This document shows, piece after piece, positions 20,051-32,091 of a DNA stretch of 64,000 nucleotides (within the stretch, counting starts at the first letter, position 1; each line of letters starts with the position of its first letter). The DNA comes from an uncultured Actinomycetes bacterium (GTDB lineage: Bacteria; Actinomycetota; Thermoleophilia; UBA2241): NCBI GenBank assembly GCA_963709345.1, contig CAVPVX010000011.1:160001-224000 (forward strand). Direction: 5' to 3'. The notes below the pieces were generated by a model that worked only from the letters and a program-made list of their open reading frames with translations, searched no databases and was not told the DNA's origin. Position numbers and translations under genes: made by a program.

Positions 20051-21517
20051 GTGAAGCGAAATCTCCATGCGGGGCGCCTGCGCAGTGACGGGGTGCAGTT
20101 TCGCGTGCTCACCGACGACGATCTCGCCGACGTCCATCTCGGGACCCTGGAGGTCCTCGAGCGGACGGGCGTGTTCGTCGAGGACGAAGAGGCCCGCGAG
20201 GTCTTCGCCGGGTCCGGAGCCACGGTCGACGCCAAGGGCGTCGTCCGGATCCCAGGCCACGTCGTCGAGCAGGCCGTGCGCACAGCGCCGAGCAAGCTGA
20301 GGCTCGCCGGCCGCAACCCCAGGAACGACATCGTGCTCGAGGCGGGCCGCGTAGGCTTCACCAACTTCGGCGAGGGCGTGCAGATCGTCGACCCGTACAC
20401 CGGCGAGCTCAAGGTCCCGACCAGACAGGACGTCGCCGACACCGCCAAGGTCGTGGACGCGCTGCCCAACGTGGACGTGTACGAGCGCGCCGTGGTGGCC
20501 GAGGACGTCGACCAGCGCGTCGTGCATCTGCACCAGGCCGAGGCGTGGATGACGAACACGTCCAAGCACGGCTTCATGGGCTCCGGCAACGGCTATCTCT
20601 CGAAGAAGCTGGTCGAGATGGCCACGGCCGTCGCCGGCGGGCGCGAGAAGCTCAAGGCGCGCCCGCTCATCTCCTTCATCACCTGCCCGGTGAGCCCGCT
20701 CAAGCTCGTTCGGGACACGTGCGAGATCATCATGACAGGCGCGCGCGAGCACGTGGCCGTCAACATCCTGTCGATGGCGATGGCCGGCGGGTCGTCTCCG
20801 GTGACCCTGGCGGGTACGCTCGTGACGCACAATGCCGAGGTGCTCGCCGGTCTGACCCTGGGCCAGCTGGTCAGGCCGGGGGCGGCCGTCGTGTACGGCA
20901 GCTCGACGACGGCCATGGACCTGCGGCTCGCGTCGGCGAGCGTCGGCTCGCCCGAGTGCGGGCTCATCAACGCCGCCGTCGCCCAGATCGCCCGCTTCTA
21001 CCTGCTGCCCAGCTGGGTGGCCGGTGCGTAGGGCGACTCCAAAGTGGTCGATGCCCAAAGTGGCCACGAGAAGACCCTGACCGGCCTTATGCCGGCGTTG
21101 GCAGGCGCCAACGTCATCTACGGTCTGGGGATGATCGAGTCGGGCATGACCTTCGACTTCGGCCAGCTCGTGATGGACGACGAGTTCGCCGGGATGATCA
21201 AGCAGTGCGTCCGTGGCATCCGCGTGGACGACGAGTCGCTGGCGATCGACGTGATCGACGACATCGGCCCCTTCGGCGACTTCCTCAGCCACGACCACAC
21301 GCTGGCCCACATGCGCGAGCAGTCACAGCCGGCCTTCATCGACCGCCGCGTCCGGGAGGACTGGAAGCAGAGCGGTTCGCTGACGATCCAGGACCGCGCG
21401 CTCGCCAAGGCGCGCACGATCCTCGAGACCCATCAGCCGGATGCGCTGCCCGAGGGCGTGGCCGCCGAGTTCACCGAGATCATCCGCGGCGCCGAGCGGG
21501 AGCTGGGCGTCTCGTGA
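20051..21517 (+). CDS. mttB: Trimethylamine:corrinoid methyltransferase MttB, pyrrolysine at TAG 21029-21031 (codon 327)
   Basis: SMAMAGGSSPVTLAGTLVTHNAE; PSWVAGA-TAG-GDSKVVDAQSGHEKT continues in frame to TGA 21517, as in Pyl-MttB. Confidence 0.95.
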
Positions 21518-21548
21518 CCGGCGTTCCGCCAGAAGGAGGGCGGGACGG

Positions 21549-22931
21549 ATGAGCGCGATCCGTACACGCATGGGCGACGGCTACGTCACCGAGCTCACGC
21601 CGCAGGAGCTACGCGACGACCTCGTGGCCGGCAGCGCCGACGCCGTGAAGCGCGGCAAGGTGCCGCCGCTCGAGGAGAACGAGGTCGACTGGCTGGTCGA
21701 CCTGTTCACCAACCCCAGTCGCATCATGGGGGTGGAGGCGGGCCACGAGGTCATCCTGACCAAGGACGGCTCCGTCAACACGCTGTACTCGGCCCAGCTC
21801 TCCAGCGGCGTAGGGCTGCCGCTGGGCCGCGAGCAGTGCTTCCGCATCTTCGAGCGTGCGTTCTGCTTCGACACCATGGAGATCGGCCACCCCGACTACT
21901 CCTACAAGCCGGTCAAGCCGATCGTCGCCCTGGAGGCGACCGGCGTGGAGCAGGCTCTGCTGACGGCCGTGATCCCGGTGTTCTACGGCGCCATGCCGAA
22001 CTTCGGCCTGTATGCCCAGCCGGACGGGCCGTTCCCCAACCCCGCCGACCTGCTCCCTCGAGGTGAGGTGGAGGCGGCCCGCGAGGCGCAGATGCAGATG
22101 GCCGAGGCATGCAAGGCCGACATGCTCTACGTCTCGCGCATCATGGCCGAGGTGGGCAGTGACGGCATGAACTTCGACACCACGGCCTCGACCGGCGACG
22201 CCGAGTTCCTCGCCGTGCTCGAGACGGTGGAGGAGCTGGCCGCGACCACCGACCTCGCCATCGAGGTCGGCATGGCGGCCGAGTTCGTCCTCGGCTTCCA
22301 CGGCGAGCTCGAGTACAAGGGCAAGCGGCTCGCCGGCATGTGGCCCCACCAGCAGGTCAAGGTGGTGGAGGATGCCGGCGCGCACCTGTTCGGACCCGTC
22401 GTCAATACCAACTCGGGCCGATCGGTGCCGTGGAACGTCGCGCGCGCCGTCACCATCGTCAAGGAGTGCTCGCGCGTCGCGACGATCCCCATCCACGCCA
22501 ACGTCGGCATGGGCGTCGGCGGCGTGCCCATGTTCGAGGTGCCGCCGACGGACGTCCTCACGCGGGCCAGCGCGGCCATGGTCGAGATCGGCCGCGTCGA
22601 CGGGTTGTAGGTGGGCACCGGCGATCCCTACGGGATGTCGATCAGCCACGCGCTCGCGTCGGGCATGGGCGGTATCAGGACCTCCGGAGATCTGGTGGCC
22701 CGGATGCAGCTCCGCAAGAAGATGAGGCTCCCGGAAGCGAAGAAGTACGTGGCCGACAAGCTCCACGTCAGCCTGGACGATCTGTCCGACTCGACCGTCA
22801 TGCGCGGTCTGCGTCAGGAGCTGGACATCGGCGTCATCACGGCCGTCCCCGGTGCGCGGCGGGGCATCGAGGCCAAGCGCAACATCGCCGAGCTCCTTGA
22901 CGTCGAGGTGCCCTGCCTCAAGCGGCTGTAG
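21549..22931 (+). CDS. mtbB: Dimethylamine:corrinoid methyltransferase MtbB #2, pyrrolysine at TAG 22608-22610 (codon 354)
   Basis: One frame: TRMGDG...GRVDGL-TAG-VGTGDP...GDLVARMQ...[10 protein letters not shown], 460 residues. Confidence 0.95.
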
Positions 22932-23287
22932 GTGCAGGGCGGCTCTCTCCCGGACGCCCGCGGCCGGCTTGCAGCCGGCCGCGGGCGTCCGCGTGGCCGG
23001 GATCGACAGGGCGGCACGCGGCGGGTCGCGAGCTCGGGTTTCGGATTCCGTGCCGAATCGCTAGCCGCGGTTACTAAGTTCCTCCATCAGGTCCACTTGA
23101 TTCATGAAGTGAGGAAGACGGACGAGACACGATTGGAATCCGTCGTTGAGCGCTTGTCGGCGGGGAGCCCCGGTGCTACCCTCGGGGACAGGGACTCCGT
23201 CACGTGGCCCGCCGCCTCACGGCCCGGCCCGGGATGTGAGGCGAAATCCCAGGCGCTGCACATCACGACTGAGCGAGGAGCTGCCAG

Positions 23288-24016
23288 ATGAACAAGATTG
23301 TCCCCCTCTGGTCCGTCCCGCGGTCCATCTCCACCGGGTTCGAGCGCATGATGTTCGAGCGCGGCGACTTCAAGGTCGTCCACGAGCCGTACGGCTACTT
23401 CTTCTATCTCGAGGCCGCGCACAAGGAGCCCGTGGGCATGCAGCCGCAGGAGGGCCACCCGCGGACCTTCGAGGGCACGACGGAGATGATCGAGGCGGCA
23501 GCCACCGACAAGCCCGTCTTCTTCAAGGACATGGCCTACTACGTCAGCGACGTCGCGGACGAGGACTTCATGAAGAAGTTCACCAACACGTTCATCATCC
23601 GTGACCCCGCCCTCACGCTGGTCTCGTACCACAAGCTCGACCCCGGCGTGACCCTGCGCGAGATCGGCTTCGAGTCGCAGTTCAAGCTGTTCGAGTTGGC
23701 CAAGAAGATCACCGGCGAGGTGCCGGCCGTGGTCGACGCCGAGGACCTGCTCATCGATGCCGGGTCCGTGGTCAAGCAGTACTGCGAGAAGGTCGGCATC
23801 CCGTTCCTGCTCGAGTCGCTCACCTGGAAACCCGAGTTCAAGCAGGAGTGGAAAGACTGGGAGATGTGGCACCTCGACGCCGGCGACAGCACCGGGTTCC
23901 AGAAGGACATGGAGGACTTCGGCTACACGGTCGACGACGTGCCCGAGCTCAGGGAGATGTACGACAAGTGCATGCCGCTGTACGAGAAGATGTACGCGGA
24001 GCGGCTCAAGCCGTGA
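23288..24016 (+). CDS. Sulfotransferase-like P-loop protein
   Basis: LWSVPRSISTGFERM, HEPY, FFKDM, FIIRDP and VVDAEDL motifs. Confidence 0.75.
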   Translation: MNKIVPLWSVPRSISTGFERMMFERGDFKVVHEPYGYFFYLEAAHKEPVGMQPQEGHPRTFEGTTEMIEAAATDKPVFFKDMAYYVSDVADEDFMKKFTNTFIIRDPALTLVSYHKLDPGVTLREIGFESQFKLFELAKKITGEVPAVVDAEDLLIDAGSVVKQYCEKVGIPFLLESLTWKPEFKQEWKDWEMWHLDAGDSTGFQKDMEDFGYTVDDVPELREMYDKCMPLYEKMYAERLKP

Positions 24017-24148
24017 CCGGCTGGTCTTCCCGGGAGGGCGTCTGTGCCGCGGGCGGCCCTCCCGGGGGGATTCGAGTGTGACCGCGCCTGCCCGGCCGGG
24101 CGCCGCGCGAGCATCCGGATCGCACCACCATCGGCGAGGAGTCCTGCC

Positions 24149-25394
<1,246 letters not shown>

Positions 25395-25414
<20 letters not shown>

Positions 25415-27104
25415 TCGCCGGCGCCGGCTGAGCCTTCCCTCACGCGGCGACCTGCTGCACGACCTGGTCGCCGGCGTCACCGTGGGGGCGTCGCAGGTCG
25501 GCAACGCCATGGCGTACACCATGCTCGCCGGCGTCCCGCCCCTCCACGGACTGTATGGGGTCGCCGCCGGGACGCCCGCGGGAGCGCTGGCGTCCGGGTC
25601 GCAGCGCATGCCGATCGTGCCGACGGCGGCGCTCTGTCTGGCGGCCGGCGGCGCGCTGGCGACCCTGCCCCCGGCGCACCGCGTCGACGGGCTGTTCACG
25701 CTCGCCGTGCTCACCGGCGTCATCATGCTCGCCGCCGGCCTGCTGCGAGCGGGCGGACTGGTGCGGTTCATCTCCAACGCGGTGATGGTCGGGCTCATGG
25801 CCGGCATCGCCGTGACGATCCTGCTCTCCCAGCTCGGCGCGCTCACCGGATTCTCCAGCCGCTACGACAACAAGGCCCGTGAGGCGGCCGACCTCCTGTT
25901 GCATCCTCTTGCGTCCGACCTGTGGACCGCCGTCATCGGCCTGACTACGGTAGTCCTCGTCCTCCTCCTCAGGCGCACCCCCGCCCGGCTCTTCGCCATG
26001 GCGCTGCCGCTCGTCCTCATGACGGCCGTCGTCGCCCTCGTCCAGCCGCCGTCCGTCGCCGTGGTCGGAGACATCGCCCCGATCCCCCGGGCGTTGCCGT
26101 TGCCTCGCCTCCCCGATCTCTCACTGGCGCCGGGGCTGCTGCTGCCGGCGCTCTCCCTGGTGATCATCGGTCTCGTCCAGGGCGCCGGACTCAGCCGCAC
26201 GGTCCCCAACGCGGACGGGTCCTTTGGCGACACCAGCACGGACTTCGTAGGCCACGGCGTCGCCAACATCGTCTCGGGCGTCTTCAGCGGTGGGGTGGCG
26301 GGGGGGTCGGTCCAGGCCACGGCGCTCAACCTCGGCGCCGGGGCGCGCACCCGGTGGGCGTCGGTCTTCACGGGCGCGTTCGTCATCGTCGTCATCCTCG
26401 CCGTCGCCCCACTCGTGCAGGAGGTGCCGCTGGCGGTCACCGCGGGCATCCTGATCGTCGCCGCGGCCGGCGCGCTCAAGCCGCGCGATGCCCTCGATGT
26501 CTGGCGGGCGGACAGGATGTCCGCCGCCATCATGGTGATGACCTTCGTCCTGGTCCTGGTCATCCCGCTCCAGTACGCGGTGCTCGCCGGGGCGGCCGTC
26601 TCGGTGCTGAAGTACATCTACCTGTCGTCGCTCGACGTCCGCGTGACCCAGGTGGTGCTGAACGGCGGGGGGTTGCCGAGAGAGGTGGAGGCTCCGCGCG
26701 CGCTCCCGAGCGAGGCGGTGACCGTCCTCGACGTCTACGGCAGCCTCTTCTACGCTGCCGCACCTCGCGTCCGAACGTCACTGCCGGTCGTCGGTGAGGC
26801 TCACTGCCCCGTCGTCGTCCTCCGTCTGCGCGGCCGTGGCAGGCTCCACAGCGCCACGATCGCCGTGCTTCGCGACTACGCGGAGGAGTGCATGGCCCGC
26901 GGAGGGCGCCTGTATCTCGCCGGCGTGGGCACGGAGATGGAGGATCAGTTGCGTCGCACCGGCCTTCTCGACCTGCTGGGCCCCGACGCGGTGGTGGAGG
27001 CGAGCGACGAGGTGTACGGCGCGTGCGCGACGGCGCAGCGGCGCGGCGAACGCTGGCTGGCGGAGGACGCCGGCGGGCGAGGGCCGGGTCCGCGCACCGT
27101 CTGA
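25395..27104 (+). CDS. SulP-family anion transporter with STAS domain
   Basis: DLVAGVTVG..AMAYTMLAGVPP..GLY, VMVGLMAG and C-terminal YGSLFYAA. Confidence 0.9.
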
Positions 27105-27129
27105 GCTCTGCCGGTGCGCGTCATCCTCT

Positions 27130-27345
27130 TCAAGGACGCCGGCGCTCCGGGTGCTCCCCGCACCAGTCGCCCGGATCGGTGACCGGGAACTCGCGCGGAG
27201 GCCGGGGAGGAGACTGGCGGCATTCGCCCTTCTCGTTCGGGGTCCTGACCTCGACCTGGGCGCTCTCGGTCGCCGACCAGCGGTACTCGACCCTCTCGGG
27301 GAACCGCGACCACCAGGGGCAGGTCGTGCACGTCGGCTCGTCCAT
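27130..27345 (-). CDS. Small Cys-rich putative metal-binding protein
   Basis: CTTC..W...GECRQSPP..FPVT..DWCGEH; GGAGG RBS. Confidence 0.65.
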   Translation of the reverse strand: MDEPTCTTCPWWSRFPERVEYRWSATESAQVEVRTPNEKGECRQSPPRPPREFPVTDPGDWCGEHPERRRP

Positions 27346-27495
27346 GACAACACCCTCCTGCACGGCCGCAACCGGTGCGGATCCGCGCGATCCCGGGGAC
27401 CGGGCTCAGCACCGCGATCCGTCATCCTCTTCTCACACGTGAGGGTACCCCGTGCGTGCGCCGGCGCGCCATCCGGCGTGCGTCGCGGCGGCGGC

Positions 27496-28341
27496 TCAGC
27501 CGAGCGTCAGGCAGACGATGCCGGCGAACACGAGGCAGGCCGCGACGATCTGAACTGGTCGCAGTCGCTCGCGAAGCACGATGCGCGCCCAGACCATGGT
27601 GACGGCGGGGTTCAGCCAGCCGAGGACTCCCACGATGCTCAGGTAGCCGAACGTCGTCGCGGAGGTGAACAGCAGGTTCGCGGCCACGATCAGTGATCCG
27701 ATGACCAGGAGCCACGGCACCGCCCGACGGCGCAGGCGCACGACCGGCCGGGTCGCGACGGCGATGGCGAGGAGGGTGACCAGGGCCGTGGTGCGCGCGA
27801 CGGTCACCGTGTACAGGGGCTCGGCCTCGTCGCCGTAGTCCAGAGCGACCAGGAAGAGGCCGAAGGCCGCGGCGGACAGGACGGCCATGACGACGCCCGT
27901 GCGGTCCAGGGAGCGTGACGCGTCGGGCGCGCCGGGCTCCCGACGGGAGACGAGGACGATCCCGACGAGGGTGAGCGCGATGCCCAGCGTCTGCAGGACG
28001 CCGGGCCGCTCGCCGCCGGCGGTGCCCCACAGCACGGGCACGAGCGCGGCGCCGGCGATGATCGGCGAGACCACGCTCATGTCGACGAGCGCGAGCGCGC
28101 GATACTGGAGGACGACCCCGAGACCGCCGACCGCTCCGCCGACGGCGGGCGCGGCCAGAGCCGCCAGGGAGGGCCGTGCCGGCGACGCCGCCGCCAGCAG
28201 GGCGAGCAGCGAGACCGAGGCGACCGTCTGACCTCCCAGCGCGGCGGTCCACGCGGTCGAACGCCGCGACTCGAGACCCGCCAGGAAGTCCGAGGTACCC
28301 CAGGAGAAGCTTGCGAGCAGGGCGAGGACGGCGGCGATCAC
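27496..28341 (-). CDS. DMT/EamA-family transporter
   Basis: SWGTSDF, YRAL...MSVVSPI, GER and LRERL motifs; about 10 TMs. Confidence 0.88.
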   Translation of the reverse strand: MIAAVLALLASFSWGTSDFLAGLESRRSTAWTAALGGQTVASVSLLALLAAASPARPSLAALAAPAVGGAVGGLGVVLQYRALALVDMSVVSPIIAGAALVPVLWGTAGGERPGVLQTLGIALTLVGIVLVSRREPGAPDASRSLDRTGVVMAVLSAAAFGLFLVALDYGDEAEPLYTVTVARTTALVTLLAIAVATRPVVRLRRRAVPWLLVIGSLIVAANLLFTSATTFGYLSIVGVLGWLNPAVTMVWARIVLRERLRPVQIVAACLVFAGIVCLTLG

Positions 28342-28380
28342 GGTCAGGTCACGCGCGCCGGAGGGTCACAGGGCGCGCGC

Positions 28381-28971
28381 TCAGGAACCCGGCGCGGGAT
28401 CGCCTTCCCCGTCCGTACCGTGCTTGTCCGTCGAGGCTCCGAGGCCGACATCCTCGCCCTCCCAGTTGTAGAAGAACTTCTCGGTGCGCAGCACGTTCCA
28501 GGTCTGCGTCCCGGCGATGCCGTCGATCTTCTCGAGGTCCTCGTTCAGGAACTTGAACAGGCCCTCTGTGTGGGGCAGGTACGCCTGGATGATGATGTCG
28601 AAGTTCCCGGCTACGTAGGCGACGTAGGCGACGTTCTCCATCTCCGCCAGCCTGCGCCCGACCTCCCTGACCTTGCCGCGCACGACATTGATGCCGACCA
28701 TGGCGTCGATGGGGAAGCCGATGGGAGCCGGGTTGATGCGCGCGGCGTTGATGATGGCGCCCGCGTCCACCAGACGGTCGATGCGCTTACGCACGGTAGG
28801 CTCGGAGAGGCCGACGACGCGCGCGATGTGGGCGTAGCTCAGTCGCGCGTCGTGCCGCAGCAGCTTCATGATGCGGCGGTCGCTGTCGTCCAGTTCGATG
28901 GTGCCGTGGGGCAGGGACCCCAGTCGGACGAACGGCTGATTGTCGTGATGTCTATCCGAATCGCCCTTCAT
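28381..28971 (-). CDS. Lrp/AsnC-family regulator
   Basis: LDDSDRRIMKLLRHDARLSYAHIARVVGLSEPTVRKRIDRL; divergent from the ABC operon. Confidence 0.92.
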   Translation of the reverse strand: MKGDSDRHHDNQPFVRLGSLPHGTIELDDSDRRIMKLLRHDARLSYAHIARVVGLSEPTVRKRIDRLVDAGAIINAARINPAPIGFPIDAMVGINVVRGKVREVGRRLAEMENVAYVAYVAGNFDIIIQAYLPHTEGLFKFLNEDLEKIDGIAGTQTWNVLRTEKFFYNWEGEDVGLGASTDKHGTDGEGDPAPGS

Positions 28972-29286
28972 GAATGCGAAGTATAGCGAATAGGCCCTGC
29001 GCGTTCAATGACCCGCTCGGAATACGCCACTTTCGCTACGATTCAACAGTCCCTCTATTTGCCAGCGCGGGGTTCTGGTGCTACTGTGTCTCGCGGGGAG
29101 TCTTGACAGGGCGGCGGCACGTTGTCCATGGATGGTGACGCATGGTGATTACCGACCCGAGTGGATGTTGGTGGGCGCGGACATGACCATTGATGGCGCT
29201 CGGCGGCGAGACCGACTTCCCGAGACGCCTTTGATCGAGTTGAGGTGCGACCTTCAGGAAACGGCCAAGACAGGGGGAACGGCATC

Positions 29287-30939
29287 GTGACTGACAAGGA
29301 TCAGCGGTCTTCATCGGGGTACGACTTCGGCGAGCTCGGGGAGCTCGTCAACGGCAAGCGCATCTCGCGGCGCAGCCTGCTCAAGGGCGCGGCTGCCATG
29401 GGGGCGGTAGCGGCGCTGGGGCCGATCGCCTCGGCGTGCGGCAGCGGCGACTCCGGCACGGACGCGTCGAGTTCGGCGGCCGCGGAGGGTTCGGCTACCA
29501 AGGGCGGCGACCTCAAGGTCGGCATCGTCGGCGGCTCCGCCAAGGACACGGCCGATCCGCACACCGGCTCGTACGAGCCCGACATCGCCATCCAGTACAT
29601 CATGTACGAGGGCCTCACCGCGTGGGACTTCGACATGAACCTCACCAATCTGCTGGCCGAGACCATCGAGCCCAACGCCGACGGTTCCGTCTGGCAGGTC
29701 ACGCTCCGGGACGGGGTGCTGTGGCACGACGGCAAGCCCGTCACCGCCGACGACGTCGTCTACTCCATGGACCGCATCGTCGACCCGAAGGACCCGAAGG
29801 TCGGCGCCGCCGCTCTTACGGGCGTCACGCCCGGCGGTACGAAGAAGGTCGACGACAAAACGGTCGAGATCACTCTTTCGACGGCGAACGTGCTGTTGGC
29901 CGAGAACCTCGCCGAGCGTAGCTGCAAGATCGTGCCGGTGGGCTTCGACCCGAAAGCTCCCATCGGCAGCGGCCCGTTCAAGATGGTCGACATGAAGCCC
30001 GGTGAGTCCTTCAAGTGGGATGCGTTCGCCGACTACTGGGACACGCCCCCGTACGTCGACACGCTCACCATGATCGAGTATGCCGACGACACGGCGCGCA
30101 TCAACGCGCTGAAGAGCGGCCAGATCCAGGCGATGTCGCAGTTGCCGAAGAGCCAGGCCAAGGTCATCGAGGCGACGGACGGGCTCGCGCTCCTCAACGC
30201 CGAGACCGGCGCATGGCGTCCCTTCACCATGCGCATCGACGTCAAGCCGTTCGACGACGTGCGCGTCCGGCAGGCGTTCCGGCTCATCGTCGACCGCCAG
30301 CAGATGATCGACCAGGCCTACAGCGGCCTCGGCGCCGTCGCCAACGACATGTACGGCCGGTTCGACGCCGGCACGCCCGAGCTCGAGCAGCGCGTGCAGG
30401 ACATCGAGCAGGCCAAGTCGCTGCTCAAGCAGGCCGGCTACGACAACAATCTCACCGTCGAGCTCGTCACCTCGGAGGGCGCGCTGGGCGGCGACGAGGT
30501 CGCGGCGGCGCAGGTGTTCGCCGAGCAGGCCAAGGCCGCCGGTGTCACCGTCAAGATCAAGAAGACCGACTCCAGCGTCTTCTACGGCGACGACTACCTG
30601 TCCTGGCCGTTCGCGCAGGACTTCTGGGCGACGCGCACCTTCCTGGCGCAGGCCAGCCAGGGCACGATGCCCGATGCCCCGTACAACGAGACGCACTGGA
30701 AGAACGCCGAGTGGCTGTCGCTCGTCAATGAGGCCTTCAAGACGGTCGACGACGATCAACGCAACGCGCTGGTCAGCCAGGCCCAGCAGATCGAGTTCGA
30801 CACGGGCGGCTACATCGTCTGGTCGTGGCGCAACCAGGTCGACGCGTACTCCGAGACGACCACCGGCTACAAGCTGGACAAGCTCGGCGGTCCTGTCGGC
30901 CGGATGTACTTCAAGGACGTCTACTTCGTGAAGGGCTGA
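29287..30939 (+). CDS. ABC transporter substrate-binding lipoprotein (family 5), Tat signal
   Basis: SRRSLLK twin-arginine, ASAC lipobox, WHDGKPVTADDV and GSGPF motifs. Confidence 0.92.
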   Translation: MTDKDQRSSSGYDFGELGELVNGKRISRRSLLKGAAAMGAVAALGPIASACGSGDSGTDASSSAAAEGSATKGGDLKVGIVGGSAKDTADPHTGSYEPDIAIQYIMYEGLTAWDFDMNLTNLLAETIEPNADGSVWQVTLRDGVLWHDGKPVTADDVVYSMDRIVDPKDPKVGAAALTGVTPGGTKKVDDKTVEITLSTANVLLAENLAERSCKIVPVGFDPKAPIGSGPFKMVDMKPGESFKWDAFADYWDTPPYVDTLTMIEYADDTARINALKSGQIQAMSQLPKSQAKVIEATDGLALLNAETGAWRPFTMRIDVKPFDDVRVRQAFRLIVDRQQMIDQAYSGLGAVANDMYGRFDAGTPELEQRVQDIEQAKSLLKQAGYDNNLTVELVTSEGALGGDEVAAAQVFAEQAKAAGVTVKIKKTDSSVFYGDDYLSWPFAQDFWATRTFLAQASQGTMPDAPYNETHWKNAEWLSLVNEAFKTVDDDQRNALVSQAQQIEFDTGGYIVWSWRNQVDAYSETTTGYKLDKLGGPVGRMYFKDVYFVKG

Positions 30940-31125
30940 TCGGAGAGACGGCAGCGGCCGCGGGCGCGGGGCACGGCCCCGCGCCCGCGGCCGCTCCGCG
31001 GCGATTGCCGCCGGCTCGCTCGATCGTCAGCCGGACAGCAGCACTCGTGAACCCGTCTTCTCCGTACTCCGCCCGCGAGAGGCAGCCATCATGATCGGTA
31101 GAACCGCAAGAGGGAGGCGCAGCCC

Positions 31126-32091
31126 ATGCCCCCGCTCCTGAAGCTGATCCTCATACGGATCGGCCTCGGCTTGCTCACGCTTCTGCTGGTGTCCATGGTC
31201 GTGTTCGTCGCGACGCAGGCTCTCCCGGGCGACACCGCCAAGGCGATCCTCGGCAGGGAGGCGGCCAACAAGGACCGCTACGAGGCGCTCAAGGAGCAAC
31301 TCGGGCTCAACAAGCCGGTCACGTCGCAGTACTTGGACTGGCTCGGCGGCGTGGTCACCGGCGACCTCGGCGACTCGCTCGCTCAGGGCTCGCCGGTCAC
31401 GGAGCTCATCGGCAGGCGCGTCATCAACACCTTCATCCTGGTGTTCGTCGCGGCTCTGGTGAGCGTGCCCGTCTCGCTCCTCTTGGGCTCCCTCACCGCG
31501 TTACGAAGAGACACCAAGTTCGACGGCACCGTCACTGTCGGCAGCCTGTCGCTGGCGGCGCTGCCGGAGTTCGTTATCGGCATCTTCCTCATCCTCCTGT
31601 TCGCGACCCAGGTGTTCCGTATCCTGCCGGCGACGTCTCTCGTGGATTCGAGCCTGCCGATCCTGCAGCAGCTCGACCTGTTCGTCCTGCCGGCGCTCAC
31701 GCTGACGCTCGCGGTGGCGCCGTACATCACGCGCATCCTGCGCGCCAGCACGATCGAGGTGCTCGAGAGCGAGTACGTGATGATGGCGCGCCTCAAGGGA
31801 CTGCCCGAGCGGCTGGTGCTCAACCGGCACGCGCTTCCCAATGCGCTGGCGCCGGCGCTTCAGGTCACGGCGCTCAACCTCGCGTGGCTGGCCGGCGGCG
31901 TCGTCGTGGTCGAGTACCTCTTCGCCTTCCCCGGCATCGGCTCGCTGCTCGTCGACTCTGTCGCCAACCGCGACATGCCCATGGTGCAGGCGATCACGTT
32001 GATCATCGCCGCGGTGTACGTGGTCGCCAACCTGACGGCCGACATCCTCACGATCCTCGTCAGCCCACGACTCAGGACGGGCCTGCGATGA
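31126..32091 (+). CDS. ABC permease (DppB-like)
   Basis: LPGD, GDLGDS and EYVMMARLKGL..HALPNAL motifs. Confidence 0.92.
   Translation: MPPLLKLILIRIGLGLLTLLLVSMVVFVATQALPGDTAKAILGREAANKDRYEALKEQLGLNKPVTSQYLDWLGGVVTGDLGDSLAQGSPVTELIGRRVINTFILVFVAALVSVPVSLLLGSLTALRRDTKFDGTVTVGSLSLAALPEFVIGIFLILLFATQVFRILPATSLVDSSLPILQQLDLFVLPALTLTLAVAPYITRILRASTIEVLESEYVMMARLKGLPERLVLNRHALPNALAPALQVTALNLAWLAGGVVVVEYLFAFPGIGSLLVDSVANRDMPMVQAITLIIAAVYVVANLTADILTILVSPRLRTGLR

Noticed and set aside
17150-22931. Short ORFs 17150..17503, 21044..21517 and 22611..22931 as separate genes
   Set aside because: They are the C-terminal parts of MtbB and MttB after the Pyl amber codon.
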